A stretch of 64,000 bases of DNA from a virus. Shown one piece after another: positions 15,846-25,031 of the stretch; the first letter of the stretch is position 1, and each line of letters opens with the position of its first letter. A program made the translations under genes and the position numbers. Where the stretch lies: the IMG/VR virus record IMGVR_UViG_3300042197_002243. One strand, 5' to 3'. A model generated the notes under the pieces. It saw only the letters and a program-made list of their open reading frames with translations, did not search any database and was not told the origin of the DNA.

Positions 15846-17108
15846 TTACTTTTTCCTGTACTTATTTATAAAATTAATCCCATAGGACTTTCCACCATAC
15901 TGAAGATTTTCTTTTCCAACATCTAAAGATCCTGGAGTCATCTTTGCCGCTGTTTTAAAGTAACCAGTGGTTCCAATTAGTGTGTTTGGTTTCTTTGGAG
16001 TTCTCATTTGCTTATCCATCTTCACTTCAGTATATTCCATTAAATCTTTAATCCAAGACTTAAACATCCAACCTTCTTTGGTTACACAGATTAGATGATT
16101 AGCACCGCGACGCATTACTTCGCCAACCAAACCAGTGTTTAAATTTTCTACAAGATCTCCAAGTCTAAAAATCTTTTTGGTTATATAATTTTCACGGAGA
16201 TTCCACATATCAAACTTAGGTGCAATCTCCCAAAGATTATATGACTCTTTTGCAGATACTCTCATAGATTTGCGGAGAGCATTAAAAAGATTTTTTGTTT
16301 CTTCTGGACCTAAAGATTTTGGAATACCAGATTTAAAAGTTTCAAAATCATTATCTGCCGCTGCCTTTCTCATTTTAGATGCTGACATTCCTTCTACACC
16401 TTCAGCATCAGCATCGCGTTCACCTGCAGATACAACATTGATCATGTCAAAGGTATAAAGATCTCCATTATACTTATTAGCTAAGTTTTTAAATTCTCCC
16501 AAACGATCTGCACCGACAACAATAGTTATATCAGTAAATCCATCTTCATCAGCAACTTTTAGAACATCAAAGATTGATTTCATGTTATCATCATCAATAA
16601 TATTCTCCTCATATTTGGGGAACATTTTTTTCATGTATTCAATCTTAGTTGAAGGATCTAATGGATTCTTCTTTGCATCTTGTGTTCTTGATGGATAAAC
16701 TCTTAACTCAGATCCTGCAGAAATGTTTGATGCAGAATCAAGAAGTTTTTTATGTCCCGTTGTTGGTGGATTGAAGCGACCAAATACAACTGTTACACCT
16801 TTACCCTCTTCATCACCACGAAGAACTTCTGCTTCTTTTCTTTGTGGTTCTTGTTCTTGTGGTTTTGTTGCTGCTTGTGTTGCCGCAACTTGCTGATTTG
16901 CTTTGGTTCTTTGCTGAGGAATATCTCTTTGTCCAGTTCTCTGCCCTTGATTATAAAACTTTAGTTCCCCCCCTTCAGTTTTCGCAACAAATTCTCCCTG
17001 GGGATTGTACCAACCACCGTGGCCATCGCCCTTGAGCCCCATGCGTCGTGCCTGCATTGACGCTTGAGATTCTTTTGCTTCGGATATAAATCGGAAAAAT
17101 TCTTTCAT
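15846..17108 (-). CDS. cytidyltransferase-like (HIGH superfamily) nucleotidyltransferase domain protein
   Basis: VVFGRFNPPTTGHKKL, VVGADR, MSASKMR. Confidence 0.85.
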   Translation of the reverse strand: MKEFFRFISEAKESQASMQARRMGLKGDGHGGWYNPQGEFVAKTEGGELKFYNQGQRTGQRDIPQQRTKANQQVAATQAATKPQEQEPQRKEAEVLRGDEEGKGVTVVFGRFNPPTTGHKKLLDSASNISAGSELRVYPSRTQDAKKNPLDPSTKIEYMKKMFPKYEENIIDDDNMKSIFDVLKVADEDGFTDITIVVGADRLGEFKNLANKYNGDLYTFDMINVVSAGERDADAEGVEGMSASKMRKAAADNDFETFKSGIPKSLGPEETKNLFNALRKSMRVSAKESYNLWEIAPKFDMWNLRENYITKKIFRLGDLVENLNTGLVGEVMRRGANHLICVTKEGWMFKSWIKDLMEYTEVKMDKQMRTPKKPNTLIGTTGYFKTAAKMTPGSLDVGKENLQYGGKSYGINFINKYRKK

Positions 17109-17133
17109 ATTTATCTTAATATAATCTTATTTA

Positions 17134-18039
17134 TTACCAAGGATCACCAGACATTTTTAAACTGCTTGCGAGTTTTTCTGATTCATATTTGAATCTCATC
17201 TTGAGTATTTTTTTAGATCCTGCTTTGACACCAACAGAATCATTACCCACTTCTTCAAATGTTATTCTCTCATTGAGAATCGCTTTTAATTTTGGATTAT
17301 TTAGTGGATCTTCAACGGAAGCAGAATATGGATCCTTTGTTCCCCTTCCAGTAACTTTAACATATGGTGGATACAACTCTTCACTAGCATCAATCCAACT
17401 TTTAATAATATAATCTCTTCTTTCTTCTGGTTTTAATGTATTGAGTTTTTTAAGAAGAACATTTCTACAATCACTTAAAACCTTTGAACCCAATCTATCA
17501 GTTTGCATCTGAATTGCTTTATTCTTTCTAATCTCATTTTTTCTTGCTGATGCAGAAGCAGGTAATTTAAATTGTTTTACAATATTGTCCTGTTCCTTTT
17601 TATTAATATCGTTTAACTTTAATCCTAAATCTTTATCAACAGTTCCGACTCCAGGGTTTTTAAATCCAATATCACCCTTCCCCTTTGTTGATTTTGCAGA
17701 CAGTCCAAGATATCCACCTTTTTTAAATTTAACTAAAACATCTGTTGGATTTTTTCTTTGATCTACATCCACACCAACAACTGCCTTAAAAGAAAATCCC
17801 GGTCTAGCAGTCCAATACGTCTCTTGAATACCAGAGTAACCATTTCTTTTTGCCCATGTCAAAAATTCATCGACCATAGCAATTGCTCTACCAATCTGTT
17901 GATTGGCCTGCTCCTCAGTAATCATATTCAGTTTTTTATTATATTGTGATTCGGATGCGGAATCTGGAAATTCATTTCCATTTAATGCATATGCACAATA
18001 TATTTCATTAACATCTGCTAGGTCTGTATTTCTAGACAT
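17134..18039 (-). CDS. putative PD-(D/E)XK nuclease, restriction-endonuclease-like
   Basis: N-terminal helix E (VNEI), PTDVLV...LGLSAK; very basic. Confidence 0.5.
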   Translation of the reverse strand: MSRNTDLADVNEIYCAYALNGNEFPDSASESQYNKKLNMITEEQANQQIGRAIAMVDEFLTWAKRNGYSGIQETYWTARPGFSFKAVVGVDVDQRKNPTDVLVKFKKGGYLGLSAKSTKGKGDIGFKNPGVGTVDKDLGLKLNDINKKEQDNIVKQFKLPASASARKNEIRKNKAIQMQTDRLGSKVLSDCRNVLLKKLNTLKPEERRDYIIKSWIDASEELYPPYVKVTGRGTKDPYSASVEDPLNNPKLKAILNERITFEEVGNDSVGVKAGSKKILKMRFKYESEKLASSLKMSGDPW

Positions 18040-18057
18040 TCGTTTTTGAAATATTTA

Positions 18058-18130
18058 TGGAGATAAGGAGACTCGAACTCCTGACATCCTGCTTGCAAAG
18101 CAGGCGCTCTACCAACTGAGCTATATCCCC
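18058..18130 (-). tRNA. tRNA-Ala(UGC)
   Basis: GGGGATATAGCTCAGTTGGTAGAGCG, G3:U70 pair, TT-TGC-AA. Confidence 0.95.
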
Positions 18131-18154
18131 AGGAAACCCCGAAGGGTAATTTAT

Positions 18155-18568
18155 TTATAGGTCGCCTTTGACTCGATTTTCAGAACGATAAACATCAAAC
18201 GCACCCTCAGGGTAACGAGCACTCAGTTTCTCAAAGTTCATTTGCAGAACTTCCTCAAAGTTAGTATCAAGAGCCATACATGCTTGTGCCAGATACCAAC
18301 AGATATCTCCAAGTTCCCGCTTTAGGTGAAAAACATTTTCTTCGTTGTAAGGTTTTCCTTGAAGGAAAATCTTTTTAACTACTTCAGTAAACTCACCCGC
18401 TTCTGCAGTTATACCAAGAGCTGCGGTAAGAAGACGAGGAACATCAGCATCAAATTCAACTTCAAGTTGAGACAAACGAGAAACTAAATCTGCATAGTTG
18501 CTACTTGCAGGACTTGTGGTTTGACGAACGAATTCAATATACTTGTTTGTATCAATAACTTTAGACAT
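18155..18568 (-). CDS. mazG: MazG-like NTP pyrophosphohydrolase
   Basis: LGITAEAGEFTEVVKK...RELGDICWY...NFEKLSARYP. Confidence 0.92.
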   Translation of the reverse strand: MSKVIDTNKYIEFVRQTTSPASSNYADLVSRLSQLEVEFDADVPRLLTAALGITAEAGEFTEVVKKIFLQGKPYNEENVFHLKRELGDICWYLAQACMALDTNFEEVLQMNFEKLSARYPEGAFDVYRSENRVKGDL

Positions 18569-19944
18569 CAGAATTTAAATCCTTCAAATGATTTTTTTGG
18601 TTTCTTTTCTTCGTAATCATACTCCTCTTCTTTCTTATTGTCAAGGATATCATCTTGAGCAGATTGTTCACAATCATAAAGACGCATTTTAGCACGATCA
18701 ATTCCAATCACAAAACGTTTATGAATAGTAGGATCATTATAACGATTCTTTAATTGCTTTACAAGAATTTGTCCAAGTCCCTCAAGTTCTTCCGTACTAA
18801 TCAATGCAAACATAAGGTCTGCGGTAGCAGGAAGACCAAAGGATTCGGAAGTATCAGTAAGTTCAACGTCAGAGCTTCCATAACCAGAACGAGTGGTTTG
18901 AGTAGCAGAGACAATCGGAACGTTAAATTCTACTGCAAGTCCTCTAAGTTCCTCAGCAATTGCCTTGATATACGAATAAGAGTTAACGGAAAGGTTTCCC
19001 TTATACCGTGAAGAGGCACAAATATTCAAATAGTCGATAAAGATAATGTCCGGTTTAAATGATTTCTTAAGGGCGAGTTCATTAAGAAGTGATTTAAAAT
19101 GACCGCTATGTGCTGATGCAGTCGGATACTCTTTAATGATAAGAGTACCTTGAGTTTTCTTTGCAAGATTGGTTACTTTATTTTCAAAGATTTGTCTCGG
19201 CAATTCCGAAATTTCTTGGATGGGAACGTTAAGGAGATTTGCATCAACTCGTTCTGCAATTCGCTCCTCAGCCATTTCAAGAGTGATATAGAGAACATTT
19301 TTTCCTTGCAGTAAGATGGAAGCAGCCACATGGCACATGAATAAAGATTTGCCGACACCCGTACCAGCAAGAGCGATGTTGAGAGTCTTACTAGGCAAAC
19401 CACCTTTTGTAATCTTGTTAAAGAACTCAAGATCGAATTCAAGTTTTTCTTCCTTCTTGTGATATGACTCGTAACGTTGCTCATAGTCTTCTAAGTAATC
19501 GTGACCTACATGATTATCAAAAGAAACTGCTAAAGCATCAGACAGAATACTGGGAATACTATCACGATTCTTTTTTTCATCTTTGCCGTCAGCAATATGA
19601 ATTGACTCCATTAGAGCCAAGTAAATTGCACGATCACGACACCACTTTTCAGTAGTATCAACAATCCAATTTAATTCAATAGGAACATCATTAAGATTAT
19701 CAATCAAATGAACAATCTCTTTAAATGAAGTATCGGTAATGTCTTTACGATTTTCTACTTCGATACAAAGAATTTCCTTTGTTGCAAGTTTATTATATTC
19801 TTGCACAAAGGAAACAATCTCTTCGAATACAATCTTTTGGTTTGCATCTTCAAAATATTCAGATTTGATGAACGGTAAAACTTTTCTTAAATACTCCTCA
19901 TTGTATAATAAATTTCTAAGAATTAGAAATTCAACTTGCTCCAT
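18568..19944 (-). CDS. gp41: replicative DNA helicase
   Basis: AGTGVGKS, TLEMAEE, IFIDYLNI, SATQTTR, SESFGLP. Confidence 0.97.
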   Translation of the reverse strand: MEQVEFLILRNLLYNEEYLRKVLPFIKSEYFEDANQKIVFEEIVSFVQEYNKLATKEILCIEVENRKDITDTSFKEIVHLIDNLNDVPIELNWIVDTTEKWCRDRAIYLALMESIHIADGKDEKKNRDSIPSILSDALAVSFDNHVGHDYLEDYEQRYESYHKKEEKLEFDLEFFNKITKGGLPSKTLNIALAGTGVGKSLFMCHVAASILLQGKNVLYITLEMAEERIAERVDANLLNVPIQEISELPRQIFENKVTNLAKKTQGTLIIKEYPTASAHSGHFKSLLNELALKKSFKPDIIFIDYLNICASSRYKGNLSVNSYSYIKAIAEELRGLAVEFNVPIVSATQTTRSGYGSSDVELTDTSESFGLPATADLMFALISTEELEGLGQILVKQLKNRYNDPTIHKRFVIGIDRAKMRLYDCEQSAQDDILDNKKEEEYDYEEKKPKKSFEGFKF

Positions 19945-20938
19945 AACTAAATTCCTTTTGTGCAATTTCGTCTAATTGTTGCATCACTTCTTCAGTGAAA
20001 TATTGATCAGGATTCTTCAGAATCTCTTTCGCATAAATTTTCTTACCATTAATCTCATAACGTCCAGCAACATTCTTCCAGAGTCCACCGAGTTCCCCGA
20101 GTTCTAAAAGACCATAGTAGCGATCAAGACCGCGCTCATCATAAAATAGACGAATTTCAACGTCTTTATTTTCCTTACTCAAACGCGACTTAGCAGTCTT
20201 AGCTTTGATAATATTACCGACCACTTCTGTTCCATCCTTCTCTTTCTTTTTGCTGAGATAGATGATCGTAGATGCTGCATATTTGAGTCCAGAACCTCCG
20301 CCCATTTCTTTCGTTGGTACGTAAGCTCCGATGACATCGTATGTGTGATTTGTGACAATAAGTGGAACATTTGCTTGACCTAATTTGAGTGTGAGCATTC
20401 GGAATGCACCCTTGACAAGTTGAGATTTGGTCATGTCACGAACCTGTTTGTCATTCAGTGCATCAGTAATTTCTTTCTCCGTAGAAAGCATACCCAAAGA
20501 GTCTAACACAAAAATGCAAGGTTTGCGTTCTTCTACAGGTTTTTTTGAGTAAATATCAACTGCCTTAAGTGCTTTACTACGAAACTCTTCAATTGTCACT
20601 ACATTTACAACAACTGTTCGAGCAGTATCAACACCACGAGATTCTAAGAGTGACTTGGTAATAGCAGCTTCAGTATCAAAGTAGAGACAGTAACCATCGG
20701 GATGAGTATCAAGAAAATTCTTAACCACAGCGAGAGAGAAAAAAGTCTTTCCAGTAGAAGACTCTCCAGCAATAGCAGTAATCTTATTCCCAGATACACC
20801 ACCAAATATACTACCTGAAACCAGTGCATTAAAAACATATGAACCCGTATCCACATATGTTTCAGTTTCGTCAATATCTGATGCTAACTTGGTGTAATCA
20901 TCACCAATTTCTTTTACAATATCCTTTAAAAAGTCCAT
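19931..20938 (-). CDS. uvsX: RecA-like recombinase
   Basis: AGESSTGKT, YFDTE, VLDSLG, MGGGSG. Confidence 0.95.
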   Translation of the reverse strand: MDFLKDIVKEIGDDYTKLASDIDETETYVDTGSYVFNALVSGSIFGGVSGNKITAIAGESSTGKTFFSLAVVKNFLDTHPDGYCLYFDTEAAITKSLLESRGVDTARTVVVNVVTIEEFRSKALKAVDIYSKKPVEERKPCIFVLDSLGMLSTEKEITDALNDKQVRDMTKSQLVKGAFRMLTLKLGQANVPLIVTNHTYDVIGAYVPTKEMGGGSGLKYAASTIIYLSKKKEKDGTEVVGNIIKAKTAKSRLSKENKDVEIRLFYDERGLDRYYGLLELGELGGLWKNVAGRYEINGKKIYAKEILKNPDQYFTEEVMQQLDEIAQKEFSYGAS

Positions 20939-21069
20939 CACTTATTTCCAATAAAAACATAATCTGGATTTTGAAATTTAAACATTTCTACTGCTTCTTT
21001 AGTTTTAAAAAATTTAAAGAGTATTGTGTTTGGAAACTCTTTGATATAATAATTCAGTTTAATCATCAT
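20938..21069 (-). CDS. hypothetical protein (43 aa)
   Basis: Hand translation MMIKLNYYIKEFPN...; overlaps neighbours by TGATG/ATGA. Confidence 0.5.
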   Translation of the reverse strand: MMIKLNYYIKEFPNTILFKFFKTKEAVEMFKFQNPDYVFIGNK

Positions 21070-21230
21070 GCCACCATCCCGTATTGTTCACGTAAAATTT
21101 TCTTATAAGGTAAACCTTGTTCTTTAAGTTCTTTAACTAGTTTCAGTTTATGATACAGAGCAGAATCTCCACCAAAACTAAGTGCTTTTACAATTGTATT
21201 CAGTTCTTCGTCATTAATAGGTAAATCCAT
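21066..21230 (-). CDS. hypothetical protein (54 aa, MDLPINDEEL...)
   Basis: Hand translation; TAATG coupling to g43. Confidence 0.65.
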   Translation of the reverse strand: MDLPINDEELNTIVKALSFGGDSALYHKLKLVKELKEQGLPYKKILREQYGMVA

Positions 21231-23725
21231 TAGGCAAAAAATGATTCAAGGTTTACAGTTTTTTCTACATTCCAACCAATCGCATCTAGGATTGATTTCA
21301 GTGGTTCAAGAAATGCTTTCTCAAATTGTAGGTCATGATCCACATATTTGTCAAGACCCAGTTCTTTGGGAAAGTCTTGAATAAAAGAAATAATATTTTC
21401 TTGAATGGTATTCGGTTTTTTCAAATATACAAACTTAATCTTTTCACCATTTCCAATCAAAGAATACTTATTCGTAAGTTTTTTCTGTTTGACATAATGA
21501 TTGAACAGTAAAGCTCCGCGCACATGAATGGGTGTGCCCTTACTATAAATTTCTGATGAAGAATGATATTTTTGAACATCAGATGCTGTTCTTGGAAAGG
21601 CAATATCTTCTGGACGAAGCGATCTAAACTGTTCACGACACTTATCAATAAAATTAATCACATCATCTTCACTACCAGTCATCATGATCTTAAGAGCATC
21701 TTTGATCATTTTACGACAAGGAGCAGGAGTGGAGGATTTGACTGCTTCAATTCCCATGATCTTAAGTTTGGGTTCAGAATATGCAACACCTTCACTGTTC
21801 CACACATTCAGAATGTAACGTTTCTTTGCAGTCCAGATTCCACGATCTGCAATATTCTCACGCTTCATCTGCATCTTCTGATCATAGGCATTCACATAGT
21901 CAGCCAATTCTTGGTAAGAACCTTCAATATACTTTTCAAGTTCCATTTCACAGATCTTGTCAAGGAACGAAACAATGCTTTGAGTAGTTTTCTCTCTTCC
22001 TTTGAATACACATTCAACCAAAGGACCCATGTTAAGGTAGATAGAATCAGTATCTGAAGCAATAACATAATCAACATCATTTGTCTTGAGAATTTTATTG
22101 AGATAAGAATTCATCTTTCCTTCAATCCAGCGAATACTGACTTGTCCAGAAAGAGTAATTGCCTCTGCATTGGCTAATTTATAGTAGCGGAAATACTGAT
22201 TGCCGATAGCACCATAAGCAGAGTTAAGAGAAATCTTTTTTGCCATCTGGATGTTGTTGCATCTTGCAATTTCCTTTTCCAATTCTTTCGTCGGAGTTTT
22301 TTCATACTTCTTTTTTGCCTCAATCATTTTCTTTTTGAAAATAACTCGTTCGTTATACATCTTCTCCATAAGTTCTGGCAGAAATCCACGAACATCCTTA
22401 CGGAACATTGCTCCGTTGGCACAAACTGCCTGGTCTTTATAGAGTTCAAAATTAATTTCTTGATTTAAGATCTTTTCAACAGTTGCAGTGGGATGTCTTT
22501 CGTCCAGGAGGGTTTCTGGCGAAATGTTGTACTGCATAATAAGATGGGGATAAAGAGAATTGAGATCAAAGTTGACCACCCAATCATATACCCCAGGATT
22601 CGGTTCCTTAACATATGCCCCCGCATACTTAGTGTCTTTTGCTGTACGTTCTTTAGGGGGAATAACAATATTCCTCTTCTTTAGATAGTTATAGATGATG
22701 TTGTCCCACATGCGAACTTGATAGAAAACATCACCAAAGTTTACTTTCGCATCGAAAGCCATAGTGAGAGCAAGTTCAATGAGTTTCATCTTATCTTCCA
22801 AACGGTCAACAAGTTCCACGTCAACGATGTTGTACTCTACAAACTTTTGCCAACCTTTGCTATAGAAATCTTTGAATGTATCAAACTCTGAGTGGTCAAG
22901 TTTTTTCTGTCCCAGTTCAACTTCAGCAATATGATCTAGGCGATATGATTCTTGGGCTTTATAAGTAAACTTTTTATAGAGATCCAAATAATCAAGTTGA
23001 GTAATACCACCGACATCAAAATAAACCTGCTTTCTACCGCTTACATAAATCTCGTTTTCTGTATTCAGTCCCCAAGGAGACATGCGTTTCATTTGCTTCT
23101 CACCCAAAACTCTGTTGAGTCTTCGGCAAATGTATGGAATATCGTAAAGTTGCACGTTCCATCCAGTAATCACATCTGGATGATTATGATCCCACCACTC
23201 AATAAAAGTTTGTAGTAGATTATATTCATCACCACATTCATAGTAAGTGACATTATCTTGTTTATTTTTAAACGGATTTGTTCCCCAAGTAATAATCTTT
23301 TTTGTATTATAATCTTGAATCGTAATCAGAAGAATTTCTTCTGAAGCTGACTCTACGTTTGGAAACCCATTTTCAGATGCAACCTCAATATCCAAACTGT
23401 ACAAACGAATTTTAGAAATATCAAATTTGATTTCGTCTTCTGGATATTTTTCAGAAATGTATTGAGAGACATATCTATCATTTCCATAGATACGAAACCC
23501 ATCTACACCCTCATACTTTTTATAAAACTCTCTACAGTCTCTTACAAATCCAGGTTGAATTGGTTCAACACTTTCTCCTTCAAGAGTTTTATACTTTGAT
23601 TCTTTTTTTGTTGGAATAAAAAGAGTTGGAGTATATTCCTCCTTGAACATTACATAATTTCCATTATCATATGCACGAACTAAAAACTGATTTCCAATTA
23701 ATTGTACGTTTGTGTAAAATTTCAT
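21230..23725 (-). CDS. gp43: family B DNA polymerase
   Basis: DIEV exonuclease, DLNSLYP, KISLNSAYG, SDTDS, KKRY. Confidence 0.98.
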   Translation of the reverse strand: MKFYTNVQLIGNQFLVRAYDNGNYVMFKEEYTPTLFIPTKKESKYKTLEGESVEPIQPGFVRDCREFYKKYEGVDGFRIYGNDRYVSQYISEKYPEDEIKFDISKIRLYSLDIEVASENGFPNVESASEEILLITIQDYNTKKIITWGTNPFKNKQDNVTYYECGDEYNLLQTFIEWWDHNHPDVITGWNVQLYDIPYICRRLNRVLGEKQMKRMSPWGLNTENEIYVSGRKQVYFDVGGITQLDYLDLYKKFTYKAQESYRLDHIAEVELGQKKLDHSEFDTFKDFYSKGWQKFVEYNIVDVELVDRLEDKMKLIELALTMAFDAKVNFGDVFYQVRMWDNIIYNYLKKRNIVIPPKERTAKDTKYAGAYVKEPNPGVYDWVVNFDLNSLYPHLIMQYNISPETLLDERHPTATVEKILNQEINFELYKDQAVCANGAMFRKDVRGFLPELMEKMYNERVIFKKKMIEAKKKYEKTPTKELEKEIARCNNIQMAKKISLNSAYGAIGNQYFRYYKLANAEAITLSGQVSIRWIEGKMNSYLNKILKTNDVDYVIASDTDSIYLNMGPLVECVFKGREKTTQSIVSFLDKICEMELEKYIEGSYQELADYVNAYDQKMQMKRENIADRGIWTAKKRYILNVWNSEGVAYSEPKLKIMGIEAVKSSTPAPCRKMIKDALKIMMTGSEDDVINFIDKCREQFRSLRPEDIAFPRTASDVQKYHSSSEIYSKGTPIHVRGALLFNHYVKQKKLTNKYSLIGNGEKIKFVYLKKPNTIQENIISFIQDFPKELGLDKYVDHDLQFEKAFLEPLKSILDAIGWNVEKTVNLESFFA

Positions 23726-23979
23726 TTAGTCAGTTGCTCGTATTTTTCAAGAAGTGTTGGCTTTGGATCAGTAATTGTCAAAATCTTATCAGAATGAATC
23801 ATGAAAACATTTTGGTTTGTTACGTTTACCAACCATGGTTCTAAACTATCACCTCTTACAACAAAGGGATTTGTCAACTTACAATCAGGTTCTCCCATTT
23901 CAGAACCGACTTCTTCTATTTGTGTGATCAAAATTTGATCTTCGGACAAAACTAATAACTTAACCATAATCACATCCAT
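23722..23979 (-). CDS. hypothetical protein upstream of g43
   Basis: GEPDCKLTNPF; ATGA overlap with g43. Confidence 0.75.
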   Translation of the reverse strand: MDVIMVKLLVLSEDQILITQIEEVGSEMGEPDCKLTNPFVVRGDSLEPWLVNVTNQNVFMIHSDKILTITDPKPTLLEKYEQLTK

Positions 23980-23987
23980 TTACATCC

Positions 23988-24015
23988 ATTCTAACAGAAA
24001 AGAAAAAAAAGTCAA
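23988..24015 (-). promoter_or_regulatory. sigma70-type promoter for the g43 operon
   Basis: TTGACT-16-TAGAAT with TGn extension. Confidence 0.6.
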
Positions 24016-24396
24016 TCATAAGAAAAATAAAAATGCCGTTGGAAGTCGTGACAAAAATCTTGCTTCTAACTCTTCGCCTGATGAGTAATCGTTTTCGTGA
24101 AGAAATACAAAAAGTTTCTCACGATCATCCATAAAATGCTTAATTAAAAAGTGATGTAAAGGAGTTGGTAGAATGGTTTTTTTAATTTTTTTCTTATCAT
24201 AAACATAATGAATGTATTCGTGTTGAATGACTTCTGTTTTTGATATGTTGTGCTTTTGAATATTCTCTTCGCAAATCAGTATCTCTTTTGTTCCTACTCG
24301 ATACTGCCCCATAAGGTTCTGATTAACACAATCATTCCCCCCACTCTGGATTGTAAGTCCATTGACCCAGATTAAGAGTGACAAAAGAATGTCCAA
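24016..24396 (-). CDS. small HExxH (zincin-like) protein with hydrophobic N-terminus
   Basis: VIQHEYIH...ELEA; late promoter at 24419-24426. Confidence 0.6.
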   Translation of the reverse strand: MDILLSLLIWVNGLTIQSGGNDCVNQNLMGQYRVGTKEILICEENIQKHNISKTEVIQHEYIHYVYDKKKIKKTILPTPLHHFLIKHFMDDREKLFVFLHENDYSSGEELEARFLSRLPTAFLFFL

Positions 24397-24418
24397 CTCG
24401 TAACATACAGGTTTTGTT

Positions 24419-24470
24419 TATTTATACAAAAAAGAGGGGAAATGACTGGATTGTGCCAGTCTCCCCTCTG
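24419..24470 (-). terminator. extended terminator hairpin followed by late promoter
   Basis: AGAGGGG/CCCCTCT outer stem, GACTGG/CCAGTC inner stem, T run, TATAAATA. Confidence 0.7.
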
Positions 24471-24492
24471 CGCCGACGATATTCAATTCTAT

Positions 24493-24924
24493 TTAGATAT
24501 AATCTTTTCTTTGATGATGTTGAGGAACGATTTTTTTCAATTCAATTGAAAGAAGTCCATCTTCGAATTTAACTTCTTTGACTTCTGTATCATCTGCGAT
24601 TGTCCATGCTCTCTGGAAACTTCTTTGAGCCACTCCTCGATGGATGTAGTTGGATTCAGAGGATTTATCCTCCTTTTGCCCTTCAACAAAAAGTTTTCCA
24701 TACTCGGTGTACACATGAACTTCCTCCTTCTTAAATCCAGCAAGTGCAAGTTCTAAACGTGATTCTACATTGCTTACTTGAACAAGATTGTATGGGGGAT
24801 AATTTGAATTTGATTCAAAGTTAAACAGACGATCAAGATACTCGTCCATACCAATACTATTGCGAGTGATCTTATCCATCAGTGCAGGAAGATCCGCAGC
24901 AGTGTAACGTGTAAGGTTAGTCAT
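24493..24924 (-). CDS. hsp20: small heat shock protein (alpha-crystallin domain), 143 aa
   Basis: YPPYNL, LELALAGF, YIHRGVAQRSF, FEDGLL; AAGGAG SD before ATG at 24924. Confidence 0.95.
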   Translation of the reverse strand: MTNLTRYTAADLPALMDKITRNSIGMDEYLDRLFNFESNSNYPPYNLVQVSNVESRLELALAGFKKEEVHVYTEYGKLFVEGQKEDKSSESNYIHRGVAQRSFQRAWTIADDTEVKEVKFEDGLLSIELKKIVPQHHQRKDYI

Positions 24925-24990
24925 TATGGTAGCTCCTTTAAAAGCGAGTTTGTGTTTTGTGGACCCTTGCGGCATCCACTACTAATTATA
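24925..24990 (-). promoter_or_regulatory. hsp20 leader: TATAAT plus two hairpins, ROSE-like thermometer candidate
   Basis: GTGGAT-GCC-GCAA-GG-GTCCAC then CTC-G-CTT-tta-AAG-GAG covering the SD. Confidence 0.5.
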
Positions 24991-25000
24991 CAACAATCAC

Positions 25001-25025
25001 AAAAAAGGGGAGTGTTGAACTCCCC
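25001..25025 (-). terminator. terminator after regA
   Basis: GGGGAG-ttcaaca-CTCCCC-TTTTTT. Confidence 0.8.
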
Positions 25026-25031
25026 ACAAAA

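Noticed and set aside
15846-17108. CCA-adding enzyme for the CCA-less tRNAs
   Set aside because: HIGH-superfamily motifs, not the Pol-beta-like fold of CCA-adding enzymes
8057-23725. Introns or inteins in nrdA, nrdB, g41, g43
   Set aside because: All are uninterrupted and of normal length
24925-24975. 17-aa N-terminal extension of Hsp20
   Set aside because: Strong AAGGAG SD precedes ATG 24924; the extension is the structured leader
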